From positions 62,001 to 126,000 of the forward strand of contig ADNK01000870.1 of NCBI GenBank assembly GCA_000320545.1: a DNA stretch of 64,000 nucleotides, read 5' to 3'. The notes under the pieces are model-generated. The model was not told the DNA's origin and made no database searches. It saw only the letters and a list, made by a program, of their open reading frames with translations. The position numbers and the translations under genes were made by a program. Every line of letters begins with the position of its first letter. The first letter of the stretch is position 1. Below, piece by piece: positions 28,171 to 43,850 of this stretch. This DNA is from Bigelowiella natans CCMP2755. Its lineage: Eukaryota; Protista; Cercozoa.

Positions 28171-29728
28171 CTACATGTGCCGGCATTCCATGCCTCTACC
28201 TTCTTCCTCCTCATCCTCATCATAGCCTTCACCTTTCGCCGCGGATGGTGTAAATTTTGGTTCGCCTTCAACTGCTTCCATTGTTACATTTTCGGTCTCT
28301 ACAAAATCCTCATCTTCAGTTTCCATTTTGCTTTTCGAGGTCTTGCTATCGTTTGCTGGCTCGACAATGGCTAGGCAGTTCTCTGGTACCGCAACACGTT
28401 TACCACTATCTAACTCGACAGGCCATCTGCCGTTGTGGGATTCTTCCTTTATGATGCGCCCCGACTTTCCATTAAACCGGGCGTTGTTCAAGTTGACAAG
28501 TTTTACACGAACACCCATACCAAAGGTAATCTTCTGAGCTTCCTCCTCGGGGTATTCAAGCTTTCCCAGAACTGGTTCAAGAGACTTAGCCTCTTTGTCC
28601 GTTATGCTCCCAGGAACTGGAAATAAAATTTCGAAGTGAATGTAAAGGTTGCCTTTAACGTCGTATGAGCCTTTCTGTGGAAGCCCCCATTCCTTAATTA
28701 CTTTCAGCTGGCCGGGTGATATGATCTCGTTTTTCTCAGATTTAAGATGAAGCGTTGTCCCAGAAACGTGCTGTATTTTGAATTCGAACCCACAGAGTGC
28801 TTCTTTTAGAGTAAGCTGTTTTTTCATTCCTAGGTCTGCGCCTTTTCGCTCGAAAACTCTGTGCTTCATAACACGGCAAAGGGCAACTACATCACCTCTT
28901 TCCATCCCAGGAAGTTGGTGGCCTTCGCCCTGGAGGGTGACTTTTTCGTTGTTCTTGATTCCTTTGGGTATCTTAACTTTCTTTGTGGCTTTGATTGTTT
29001 GCTGATCTTTAAATTTTACTGCAGTTCCTTGACATGTCGGGCACTGACGCTGTGTCTGCATGATCATTCCAGGTCCCGCTTGAACTTGAGCCATGACGAA
29101 TCCTTGTCCGTGGCAGGTGGGGCATATCTCCTTCTTTGTTGCCGAAGAATACTTGTAGCTTACGCTCTTGCTGGGTCCATAATAAACATCTGAGAGCGTT
29201 AAGTTGAATGTTACAACAATCTCCTCTGGTTTCTGCGGCCCCCGCCTCCTTCGGCCTCCTCCCCCATTGAAGAGGTCAAAAATACTTGTTGGAGCTGGGG
29301 AACCTCCATTTTCGAGGCCTTTCTCTCCATAACGATCGTAAAGTTCTCGTTTAGTTTCGTCACTCAATGTGTCGTAAGCTTTCTGAATTTCCTTGAACTT
29401 CTCTTCGTCACCACCCTTGTCCTACATTTGAAATAATTACTTTAGTTTCATTGGTATAACATCAATCGATAAAAGCCATCACCGGGTGGTGGACACGAGC
29501 GAGCTTGAAGTAGGCCTTCTTGATCGTCCTACCGTCTGCTTTCTTGTCCACACCCAGAATTTTGTCTGTGAGTTAAGAGCAGATTGTATCAGTGCAGAGC
29601 CTCCATGTGTTCACAGAAAATGGCAACTTACAGAATTTTTCGTTGTCGACTGCAGCTCCTCCACCACCAGGCCCTCTGGATCCTCGTGGCATTCCACCTC
29701 CCCTCATAAAGTCCTCGAATCCGAACAT
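28171..29728 (-). CDS. DnaJ subfamily A-like Hsp40 (two CxxCxG repeats, SH3-like insert, CaaX end)
   Basis: Spliced KILGVDKKADGRTIKKAYFKLARVHHP|DKGGDEEKFKEIQKAYDTLSD; G/F region; CPTCHGQG and CPTCQGTA; LKEALCGF; ends CRHM. Confidence 0.92.
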
Positions 29729-29985
29729 TTTAGAGTTTAGTTTGTAGCTGTGAAAATTGCCCAGATGATGAGGTGCGCGAGGCGAGCAGTCTTTTTTGCA
29801 GCAAGCAGTCTATGGAACACGTATCTACGACAAGAGAGAAAGTGATGTCGCATCTTCTATGTCAAGTCATTTTCTTTGTCGTTATATTCGCTACGTTCTC
29901 GCTCTCACCTTTTCCAGACTTTCCCCCGAAGCTTCGCGAACTCTCAAGAAGCTGCACACGGAGAAATCCAAGAATCGGATGTCGT

Positions 29986-31468
29986 ATGGAAGAAATCGTC
30001 AACACTATGAGAGTTGAAAGGTAAAACAACATTTAAGAGCCTCCGACAACCAAATGGGTTTACCGCAGAGACAAAGTAGCAGTGTATGCACGTAAATATT
30101 GCATGCAACGAGGGAAGAAGAATGTTTCTAAGTCGTTCATGTCAAAATGCTGTAGATCTACTCGGAATTCTGCTGACGTTCCTCTTGTTGTCCTTTTTTA
30201 GGTAGATCCAGTCTACAAAGTTTTGGTACAGTGAGTGTTGGTTGCTTTTAACAGTCTTCCTTTACAAAGAGTCTTCCTTTACAAAGGCAATAAATTTAGG
30301 TAGGATACCCAATATCAAATGACAACAGCAACAAACTACAACATCAACAACAAGGAAGAGGAAACTACTGACAAACTAATAACCAATCTACCAACTACTT
30401 CCTAGATATACTACGCAACAACTAACAACACTAACTAACAACAACACGTCATTCTAGTAAACAAGGAGGAGAAGCAGAATGGAGCAACTACAAAAGCTCT
30501 GTTGCTGCCTTCGAGTTTATTTTCCATGCTTATTTGAACCTAATGGCAATGGATCCACCCCCCTCGTTAGTTTCAGCGACGTCAAGGTTTTCTAAGAAGA
30601 GTGCATTCTATGTCGAGTATTATTAGCTGCAGAATGAAGTTTGAGAGTTGTACATAGTCAAACTTGAGGAGTCTCTGAATCCCAATCCTGTTAGAAAAAA
30701 AGTTTTCATATACTTACCAAAAGAGTGTATCATAGGGACCCCGAGTGAGGATATCAAATTTCTTTGTTACCGGTCATGGAACAGCTTTAGTGAATGTGCC
30801 AGTCATCCAAAATCGAGCATATTGGGAATTTAAAATAATTGAAACAGGTGCAACAGAATGTGGTTGGGGTGTGCTGTAGGCCGTTAGAAAGCATGTACAT
30901 TCGTACCGTTCTGTCATGATACGGTGTAGTAACAAGTGCTATTATAATGTTAGGAAGCTTCTGCGTCGGAGTGTGCGAACCCTCAAAAGCGTCATTAGAT
31001 GGTCAACTTTCTGATCGAAAAAGGACATGGGCAATCTCTTCTAAAGGTTTATACAGATCATATTATTTTTCAAATACTGACCCTTGAGGATAAAACTAAA
31101 GTAAATCATACCACTTTCTTATTTCTTTTTAAGCCGCAAAAAGGGATCTTAAAAAGGGAGACACGATTGGTCTAGCGTATGATCTGTCAGATATACGGCC
31201 CGTGCTGAAAATGTATTTGAATGGTAAAGTTGCCAAGATTTTGAAGGTGAATTTATATATCTTGAAACAAATTTTTGACATTATTGTAATGTGTATGTTT
31301 TCTCGTGATTTTCAGTGCAACGGGGATATGCATGGCGATGTATACCCATGCGTTAGTGTTGCAGGCGGTTGTATGCTCGAGGCCAATTTTGAAGGCTCCC
31401 TACACGAGTTCCAATATGGCCCCCCTCAGGGCTATTGTGGAATAATGTACACGCGAGACATTCTCTAA
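29986..31468 (+). CDS. SPRYD7: SPRY domain protein, SPRYD7-like (start uncertain)
   Basis: Exons GSFCVGVCEP, KGDTIGLAYDLSDIRPVLKMYLNGK, GDVYPCVSV...ANF...FQYGPPQGYCGIMYTRDIL*. Confidence 0.7.
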
Positions 31469-31479
31469 CAATGTTCCAT

Positions 31480-31870
31480 ACTTGTCCATGTCAGTTGTAG
31501 CATGTAGGGCTAGATCATGAGATCAGATGAAAAGTAAATGCGGTAGATTTTGGTTCAATATGTGCAGTAGGCATATTATGATAGGCACATCTACCTATAC
31601 AGCTATGACAACAATGCAAGATGCAGCCGATACGTACTCGATAATAATCCTGATATTTGCAACGAGTAATGCCCAATGTGAATGTGTCATCATGTTTACA
31701 CATGAGGCATGTAGTTTTCAAGTGCACGTATACAAATTTTGAACATGTGTACGCAGCGTTCAGGATGATCTAGTGCTGCTGACATGTTGGGTATGGATGA
31801 TGCGCATGCAGCGGCTAAAATGACTATAGCTCATCACTGCGCAAATCTGCTGGCAAGGGCATTGTGGCAT
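31480..31870. other. TpA-reduced intergenic island (weaker)
   Basis: catg/tgca-rich stretch between convergent genes. Confidence 0.5.
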
Positions 31871-31963
31871 GAGTTATTTTTTTTTTTGTGAAGGATCCAA
31901 ATTAGAGACTAACTAGAGAATGACTAATGAGTGATATAAGCTTGTACGTTACGACTTGTTCTG

Positions 31964-33019
31964 CTAAAGCCACCAAAAATTTACAGACATCGTTGCTAAA
32001 TTTCCTTGAGAAGCAAAATGATGGAAGTACCCTTTGGGGATGTAAACTGCGTCTCCTGGTGCGATGACGGCTGCCTCCAAGTCCGCACTCGCAGTTGAAA
32101 TTTCGGGGAATTTTTCAAATAAAACTTCAGCGTTTGCATTACACGATACAAAGTCTAGACTGCTGGTGTTCTGTTGTGGTGGAGGATAGAGATTCAGGGA
32201 GCCGGCATGTTCTTCTGGGCACAATAGCAGTGACTTGTGGCCCCTCATTTGGACAAATATGTTGTGAAATGGGTCTCTATGCATTGGGGAATTACAGCCA
32301 GAAGATGGTCCGATCCAAAAATTTACTCTCTGAATCTCTCCCCGTCCACACGATGAGAGAATCTCTCGCGAAAGATGATCAAACTCGATGTCGTTAGCTA
32401 ATTCAGGGTACTGTTCCCGTAGGTCATACTGTGCCAAGTACATTTTAGGGATGGATTGCTGTTCAGTTCCGAAAGAATCGCTCAGAGGGCCCTCTTTCTC
32501 CATCAAATCCAGGATCTGTTGGTAAACAATTTTTTTGTTGCTAAACACGCCGTTTTATCAAATTTGAAGTGAACGACTTGTTTGCAGCATGCACACGATT
32601 GCAGCCTACTGCATCACATTTTTGGCGTGGAGGAGGCAATGTATTCGTCACGTAAAAGAAGAACATTTTTATGAACATGCGCAATCTACCCGCAAATAGT
32701 CGCCAAACATGACATGCTGTCGCTCCATGCCCTCGTCCATGTAGTCGTTTCCGCCAACTTCTATGGGAACAAGTTTCTGCTCTCCAGCTTCTTCACCTCC
32801 CTCAAGATATTCAGCTAGAGCCTCAAGATCCCGCCATCGCTGCATGGCTGGCCAGGACCTTGCAAAGCCGCGCAATACTATGGGTTTCATATTTTGAAAA
32901 CAGCGCTTAATTTCACTTTTGAAGTTAGAACGGCGTTGGTTAATCGTTCGTAGGCCAGCCCATGCAGCAGAAGGCCCATAAATTGAGGAAGGAAGCGAAG
33001 AGAATGCTCTGCTCTTCAT
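31964..33019 (-). CDS. JmjC (cupin_8) hydroxylase, JMJD5/KDM8-like
   Basis: Two exons; PIVLRG..WPAMQRW, VPIEVG, YLAQYDL, HRDPFHN (HxD), YIPKGYFHH, SVNFWW. Confidence 0.88.
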
Positions 33020-33798
33020 TGAGGAGGAAATCACTCGCTTTTATGGTAAGACCAGACCTATTCTGCGATGAGGGGCTTCTCACCACCTCTGGGTGGGGTT
33101 CATTGTTTCAATAATTTGCATTATTATTGTTGTCATTATTTTATATTAATATTCCATTCGGTCAATAAATATACCAGGAAATATCCTTTTCAACCTGAGA
33201 AATCAAGAAAATATTAACAAGCTGGAATTCGAGGTATACGACATCAATTCAGCAATCAGATTCTCAGAACACCAACTCGACAAAGGATGCTTCTATGATG
33301 TGTTCCATCAACATCATCAAGTCATCTATTTCCTAGAATTTCCCGGTGAAATTTCCTTCATTTTACCTAAGATCAATGTTGGTGAAAAGAAGTACCCCCA
33401 GAGTATCAGATATTACTTCGGTACTAGTACTCGTATGTCAACAGTGGCTGGAAATTTTCGAAATAATCCATCAAGAGGAAAGCACAAAACAACCTGCACT
33501 CTCTTTGATCTCTCTTTTTTTGTGCGTAATCGTAGTAATTTTAAGTGACATGCTAGCTGCATTTCTCTTACAATTACTCTCAGCTTTCTTCGCAGAGTTT
33601 GGACCTCGTGTGTGAGATGCATCCTCTGCATTTTGAGATTCCATGTAGAGAAGCGACATATATATTTTCGTGTCGCAAGGACTAAACAACGTAACTCAAC
33701 CCATCCAAAGTAAATTTCAATTTATTGCTCCTCTCTCCGTCCCTAGTAGAACTAACTAACCGAATTCTTGTTCTCGAATCGATCCTGTCATTTGTACC

Positions 33799-35043
33799 AT
33801 GATGTCTCCCTTCCTTGCGCGGAAGTCTCGCCCGCCTGGTGGGCACCAAGACATAAAAATGGGGACATGTGCATGGTGGCCACGAGGTTCGTGCAACTTC
33901 GGGAACCGATGCAGCTTTCTACACGCTTTCGTTGACCCGGAGAAGCGAGGAATCTGTATGAGACATGTAAGTTAGCTTCTAATTTTTACCATTAGAATAC
34001 CAGTTGATTTATAATTTTTAAAGCTTCGCGGAGAGTGCTATTTCACCGCGGAGGGTTGCTTTTACAGTCACATTCCATGTTCCATTGCAAAATATGAGGA
34101 ATTTGCCAAAGGCACCAAGAATTTCCGCGAACTCAAAACGAAATTAGAACAAAATGGATTTGTATGGAATCGCAGAACTACTAAATTTGCTCCAGAGGAA
34201 AGTGAAAATGGAAATGGATCCATACCAGAGTCTAAAAACAGGGCGGTATCTTTTGATAACCATATTTGTTCTCCCGCACTGCAGAACTTCAAGAATCTAC
34301 GAATTACATCAGGACATAATGGAAAAGTTGATAATGAAACTTGGTATGCAAATAGCTCTCTCTTCTCAACACGAGAGATATTTTCAGTGTCTGGGCAAAC
34401 CATTCCTACAACCCAAGGAAGTTCCCTTTGGAAAATAAGTGATGGAGCTAGTCCAGATGTGTCCTCTGGACCTTCTGTTCGATCGTCTGGTTCATCAATC
34501 GATCCATCTTGGCCGATCACAAAAGCTCAAAATTCCTTAAACGGAGAATTAAGTCATGTTCTAGGGTACCAAACAAGCAGTGTCGAGGACTGGGGAAAGT
34601 ACTGCGGGCCTCCAAACGGATCCGTAGATACAATTTCCTCCGCTGGTAGCACAGATTCTAAAAATGATGAGGACCTAGAAAGAGAACCTGAAGAGCCAAA
34701 TGTAAGCCCTAAAGAGGCAAGAGTTGATCTAAGCGAATCGCGCGAATGTCTACCCGAGGCTATTGGAAGTAGTGCATCCGATCCGCAAGATGATGAGAAA
34801 ACTGTCCCAAATGAAGGGAAGATAATGGCCGAATGGGACTGCAATGAGGTTTTCGAATTTATCAAAGAAATTGGGGATCATAAATGCTGGGAGCAGTATG
34901 CAACGAAGCTAAGAGATGAGGAAGTGGACGGTCTCACCTTAAAAGTTTACGTCAATTTTAATGATATTATAGAAGATTATCCTGGTATAAAAAAGGGTCA
35001 CGCTAGGGTACTAGCTGGTAGCATTCGTCGCCGATTGGGATAG
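33799..35043 (+). CDS. Tandem CCCH zinc-finger protein with C-terminal SAM domain
   Basis: CAWWPRGSCNFGNRCSFLH and CMRH|LRGECYFTAEGCFYSH (intron 33967-34023), in frame with ORF 34387..35043 ending in the SAM-like EWDCNEV...EEVDGLTL...GIKKGH. Confidence 0.82.
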
Positions 35044-35689
35044 AATATATGCGATTTTTCCACTATGGGAAACTTCTTTCGAAGTCAAATATTACCTGTT
35101 ATTTTGGTCCCTACGAATTTGGTCCGTAATGCGCTGTGGTAGAGTATAATTTTAACGAGATTGAAATTTGATATGATACCGTAACCTTATCTGAAGTCAC
35201 ATGTAAATTATTGTGATTTAGATGTACTTATGATTATTTAAAGAATATTTACTTGGTATCAAAATATTCGTTTTTCTCTTCGAGTTTAAAAAATCTTCCC
35301 TTCGAACTATAATCCACATCTAAATTGAAACCATGTTAAGTTGCTAATAGGTGATTAATGTTATATGAACACTTAAAATACAGATTTAGTTCATACCAAA
35401 GGAATATGACAATGATAGTGCATCATAATTGATATTTGTGCATTATATCAACGTTGGAAGATGAAGTTCCTTCGATAAAATGGAAGTTAAGATAGAGCAA
35501 GATTTGTTTAGTCGTTTTGATCAAGGTTTGTAAGGCACTAAAATTTGAATCATCACTAAAACCTCGACCATAAAATATACTCCGGTGCTCTCAATTATAC
35601 AACTAACCAAATTATATATGTCATCATCGCTGTGTAAAAAATGTTTCAGAGAACAATTCATTTCGCTTCATCATAACCTTTAAAATGTA

Positions 35690-36500
35690 CAATGTGTCAC
35701 AGCCGTCATTCACAACCATGTTTGCCCTAATGAGTGAGCATGATGAAGTGTCATTCGATCCATCAATGTGTCGATGACGTGCACACAGCGTGACTGCTAG
35801 ACTGCTCCATCGATCGCATGCTAGCGTGATTCGAGGATCACTATGTCAGTCAAGTATGTCAATCATCTTTTGGGCACACGCTTGCCGCGATGCTGAGCTA
35901 ATACATGTCGAGGTGCGCATGCCATCTAGCCATGCTGGACATGAACACTGCAAATGAACACGTTGTGAATGAACACTCAAAGACAACAATGATGTGTGAT
36001 CGAGACACACACAGCAGCACGCAAACCAGCAAGCGTGGCAAGATAGCAAGCGTGGCAAGTTGCCCAGCTAGCCAGTCGGAAATCATGCCAAGTCCTAGAG
36101 TCATCTAGTCGATCATGGACGCGCAGATCTAGCTAGCTAGAGATGTCCATCCATGTGACATGCTAGCATGTGCATGCTGACGAACATTGTGTCCATTGTG
36201 CACGCTTCTAGACGTCGTGAGATGAGAACGCAGACGACAAACACAACAGCAACCAATGTGTGTCACTTGATCACATGCAAACGTCTAGACGTGGTGTGGG
36301 CCACAACGAGGCTAGGATGTGAGGAGGGGGGAGGCATCCCAGCACAAAATGCTTTGTACGTACATGGACACAGCATCTCTAGATATGCTGATCGAGTATC
36401 ATGCACATGGTGTGTACATTGTGTCTGTAATTAGTGCGTTATGCTCATTCTGAGTTTAGACTTCTTGCACATACACGTAATTTTGCACAATGCAGTCCAC
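35690..36500. other. TpA-depleted intergenic island
   Basis: TA mostly in CTAG; between convergent genes. Confidence 0.8.
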
Positions 36501-36529
36501 TGAACAAGATGATGGATTTTCTGCTCTGA

Positions 36530-38154
36530 TTACGATTCTTTTCGGTGAATGCGAATTGGGAAGTTCTCGGTTATGACGTGATTGTCTTGGAAAATCACGT
36601 TTAAATTCACTTCAAAGTCAATCTGATGTTTATTGTATTGATTAATCCTTTTGTATTTTTTGTTTTTTGGATATCGTTAGAATATGTATGTTCCATACGA
36701 CTTTAGCGCACAAATGAGCACAGAAATACAACGTTTGTGATTGATGATTGAATTTACTTGAAATTGCTTCGTCCTCATGCTGCAGCAAGAAAAATGCTTC
36801 GGAAATATCATGTGTATTGGAATCGGCATGTTCGGTACCACAAACTGAAAAAGACAAAATGGTTGGCATACATGTTACTTTTTCATCTCAGTGACATGTA
36901 TTTTGCATCCCACTAAAAATTACGGTCTACCCCATCTGCAATTTGAATGTTTTGAACCTCTGTAGCTTCCCGTGCTTCTCCTTCAGCGTATGCTAGAATT
37001 ATGTATTACGAAAGATTAGGGTTGGTATCATCACCCAGAGAAATTCTCTTTACATGTTCGTTCAACGCGAACAAGTTGCAGCTCAATCGACTTGATCTTT
37101 CTTTCAGAATGCCGAATGATGAGTTCCCCCTGGAAAGGCTAATATTTTATTTCAGGCTAGTGTGAGTATGTTATCCTATTTTTGATTCAGATTATGGAAT
37201 CTTTGATGACCTTGTCTATATTACAATTTATAAAAGTTAGGTTTCCTTCAAAAAGGAAATTCGGAATTCTGTTCCGAAGACGTGATGTTATATTTCGAAT
37301 CTTTGCTGGGGAGATCGTGAAGTTTACTCCGCGTTTCGATTCTTCTTTCTGATCAAAATGCTAAATTGGTACAAGCAATTGACGTCTTCGACTTGTTTAC
37401 TTCAATTGAATTTAGTATCTTCTTCTCTGTTGGAACTTCAACATAGAATTCAGATGAAGTTTCAGGACTCGACTGGAGCATTCCGCGCTTTAACTTAGCT
37501 CTTATAAAGTACTAGTTTACAGAATGGGGATAGGAGGGATAGTTCTAATTGAATTAAGCTAGTATTGAAAAATGTTTGTACCTTTACAGATATGTAGACA
37601 CCATGATAAGTATCGAATAAGGGCACATTACTTCCACTACGTATTGACAAATCTTCGTAAGACAAAATAATTTTATGTGAAAATAATTGTGACCTGGTAG
37701 GTAAGATTGGAAATTCAAATGCAAACTTTTTCTCCTTATCCCTTATCTCGCCCTCGCCGCATATTTTAATCTTTCGATCAATGATCTTCAAAGGCTTTAC
37801 GGTTGAGTAGAATGATTCAAATATTCCAACGGATCGTGCTGGTTAAAATTTAATGAATTAGCCTTGGATGGTTAAACCCAACGAAGCGTCATGTTTACCA
37901 GATAACTCAAGCTTTACTTCACCCTTAACAACAATCTCGAGACCGCTGTGCTTAAATGCCTTGTGAGAACATATGGTAATAAATCCAGAGAGATTTTCCT
38001 ACATATTAACTTAGATTAGTAACCAACTGCGAAATCTACAATGTTTACACAGCCTTTTGTACACCAAGAATTGAATTTTAGATTTCACATGTGGCCTGTA
38101 GATCTTGCTGAAGCGGTCAGGTTCAATTGAAATGGAAATGGGGGAAGCTGCCAT
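36530..38154 (-). CDS. VPS26C: VPS26C / DSCR3 (retriever subunit)
   Basis: DRFSKIYRP, LS|ARSVGIFESFYSTVKP, LFDTYHGVYISV, ATEVQNIQIADG, PIHMIFP, FEVNLNVIF..VITENFPI. Confidence 0.9.
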
Positions 38155-38445
38155 GTTTTCTACACTAGCAGAATTAGCAGAATATTTGCGGCTTATCTTT
38201 TGTTTGCGACAATGTTTTCATGCGTAGTCGCAGGGAATAAATGGACTACGTTAGTTTCGGCTCTGGAAGAATCTCTGGAGAAAGTTTATAATCTCTAGAA
38301 TTAGAATTACGAAGTCCTTCGTTTTCAGTACGACATTCCAATAGGAGCAGAATATGCCTAAAATTAGCTGCATTTCTGGGAAAAACAATTGAAAAACTAT
38401 CACACTTAGTCTGCCAGCACAATTACATCTCACAACAAACAAAAA

Positions 38446-42602
<4,157 letters not shown>

Positions 42603-43029
42603 CATCTACGGAATGCTTTCTTGAGAATTTTGATCCTTCTGATGAGAATTGTAAATTCATCATTATAACAGTAAGGGTTTTGATGGACCCTAGGCCTTCA
42701 AAATGTAAGCTGTTAGGTCGGGATTACTTGATTTGTTTTTCACGTTTCAACACGTTTCTTCAGGAATTCTAAAAATGCGTGCATCGATTATACAAATAAC
42801 CGAATCGTTGCTGTATACATTTAAAACTAGCAATGAATATGAAATAAATTGTGGACCTATCGCGACATCGCAAATTTGCTTGTCAATTTATCTTATAAAC
42901 ACCGCTGAGGTATGTACGCATGAATCTCAATGTTCCGTTTTAATTTTGCTGGCTCACAAAGTTTGTAGTACTCGCGATGAGACAACATACGTGCATATTC
43001 ATTGTTTCTCATCGTTACTCATCGCCTAG

Positions 43030-43740
43030 CCGTAGCTATCTAGCTAGGGATGGCGGGTTGGTCCAGAACACGGACCGTATTAGAGCAGCTGCTAGATGTA
43101 ACCACCGGTTGGCTGTGAGTGTGCTAGCTAGCTAGTGCGTGCTAGAGTGTGATGGCTAGAACTAAAGATCGAAGGACAACATGCTAGCATGGCTAGATGG
43201 ATGCTTGCATGCGATGCTTGCTAGCTTGCATCGTGTCTTGATGACGTGCTCATGCTAGTCATCAGCTAGATCAGTGCCATCTTCATGCGCGCATGTCAAG
43301 ATGCTATGTGCATGCAAAACAGCAAAATGTGTTGTTTGCCAACAACCGCTAGAACTGGTTGTGCTTGCCGCACACGCTGCTAGCTAGCTAGCACGTCTAG
43401 ACGTGCTAGCGTGTAGATCGGATGCGAGCTAGTCAGCATTTAACAACTAGCTTCTCCATCTGCCATCCCACACATAATCTAGATAATAGCACATTGCATG
43501 TCTATCATGCACAGCTGCGCTGCATTGTCATGTGGAATGCATCTAGTTGTGCTGCGATGAGAACTTCAGACGTTTTGCATGCTCTAGTGCCAATTGAAGC
43601 TGTCTGCATCACTAGTTCAGCCATGCTGCATTTGCAAAAGCTTCGCATAGACATCACAAACATGCTCATTGTAAATGACACCAACTTCTATCTACTTTTG
43701 CTTAAATTTTTTATGTGTGATGTGACAATGTGAATGGGAG
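43030..43740. other. TpA-depleted island with a 24-bp perfect palindrome (43387-43410)
   Basis: ctag-dense; palindrome gctagcacgtctagacgtgctagc. Confidence 0.8.
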
Positions 43741-43850
43741 CAAATTGGAGTAATACCCCTATTTTCCATTCGTATCGCGAAACAGATTGTCTAATTTTTA
43801 CCTTAATGCCTCTGCTTGGGTAGCAGATAAATGAGAAGTGAAACAGATAT

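Noticed and set aside
30253-30286. 17-bp direct duplication agtcttcctttacaaag
   Set aside because: Local intronic slippage with no wider pattern.
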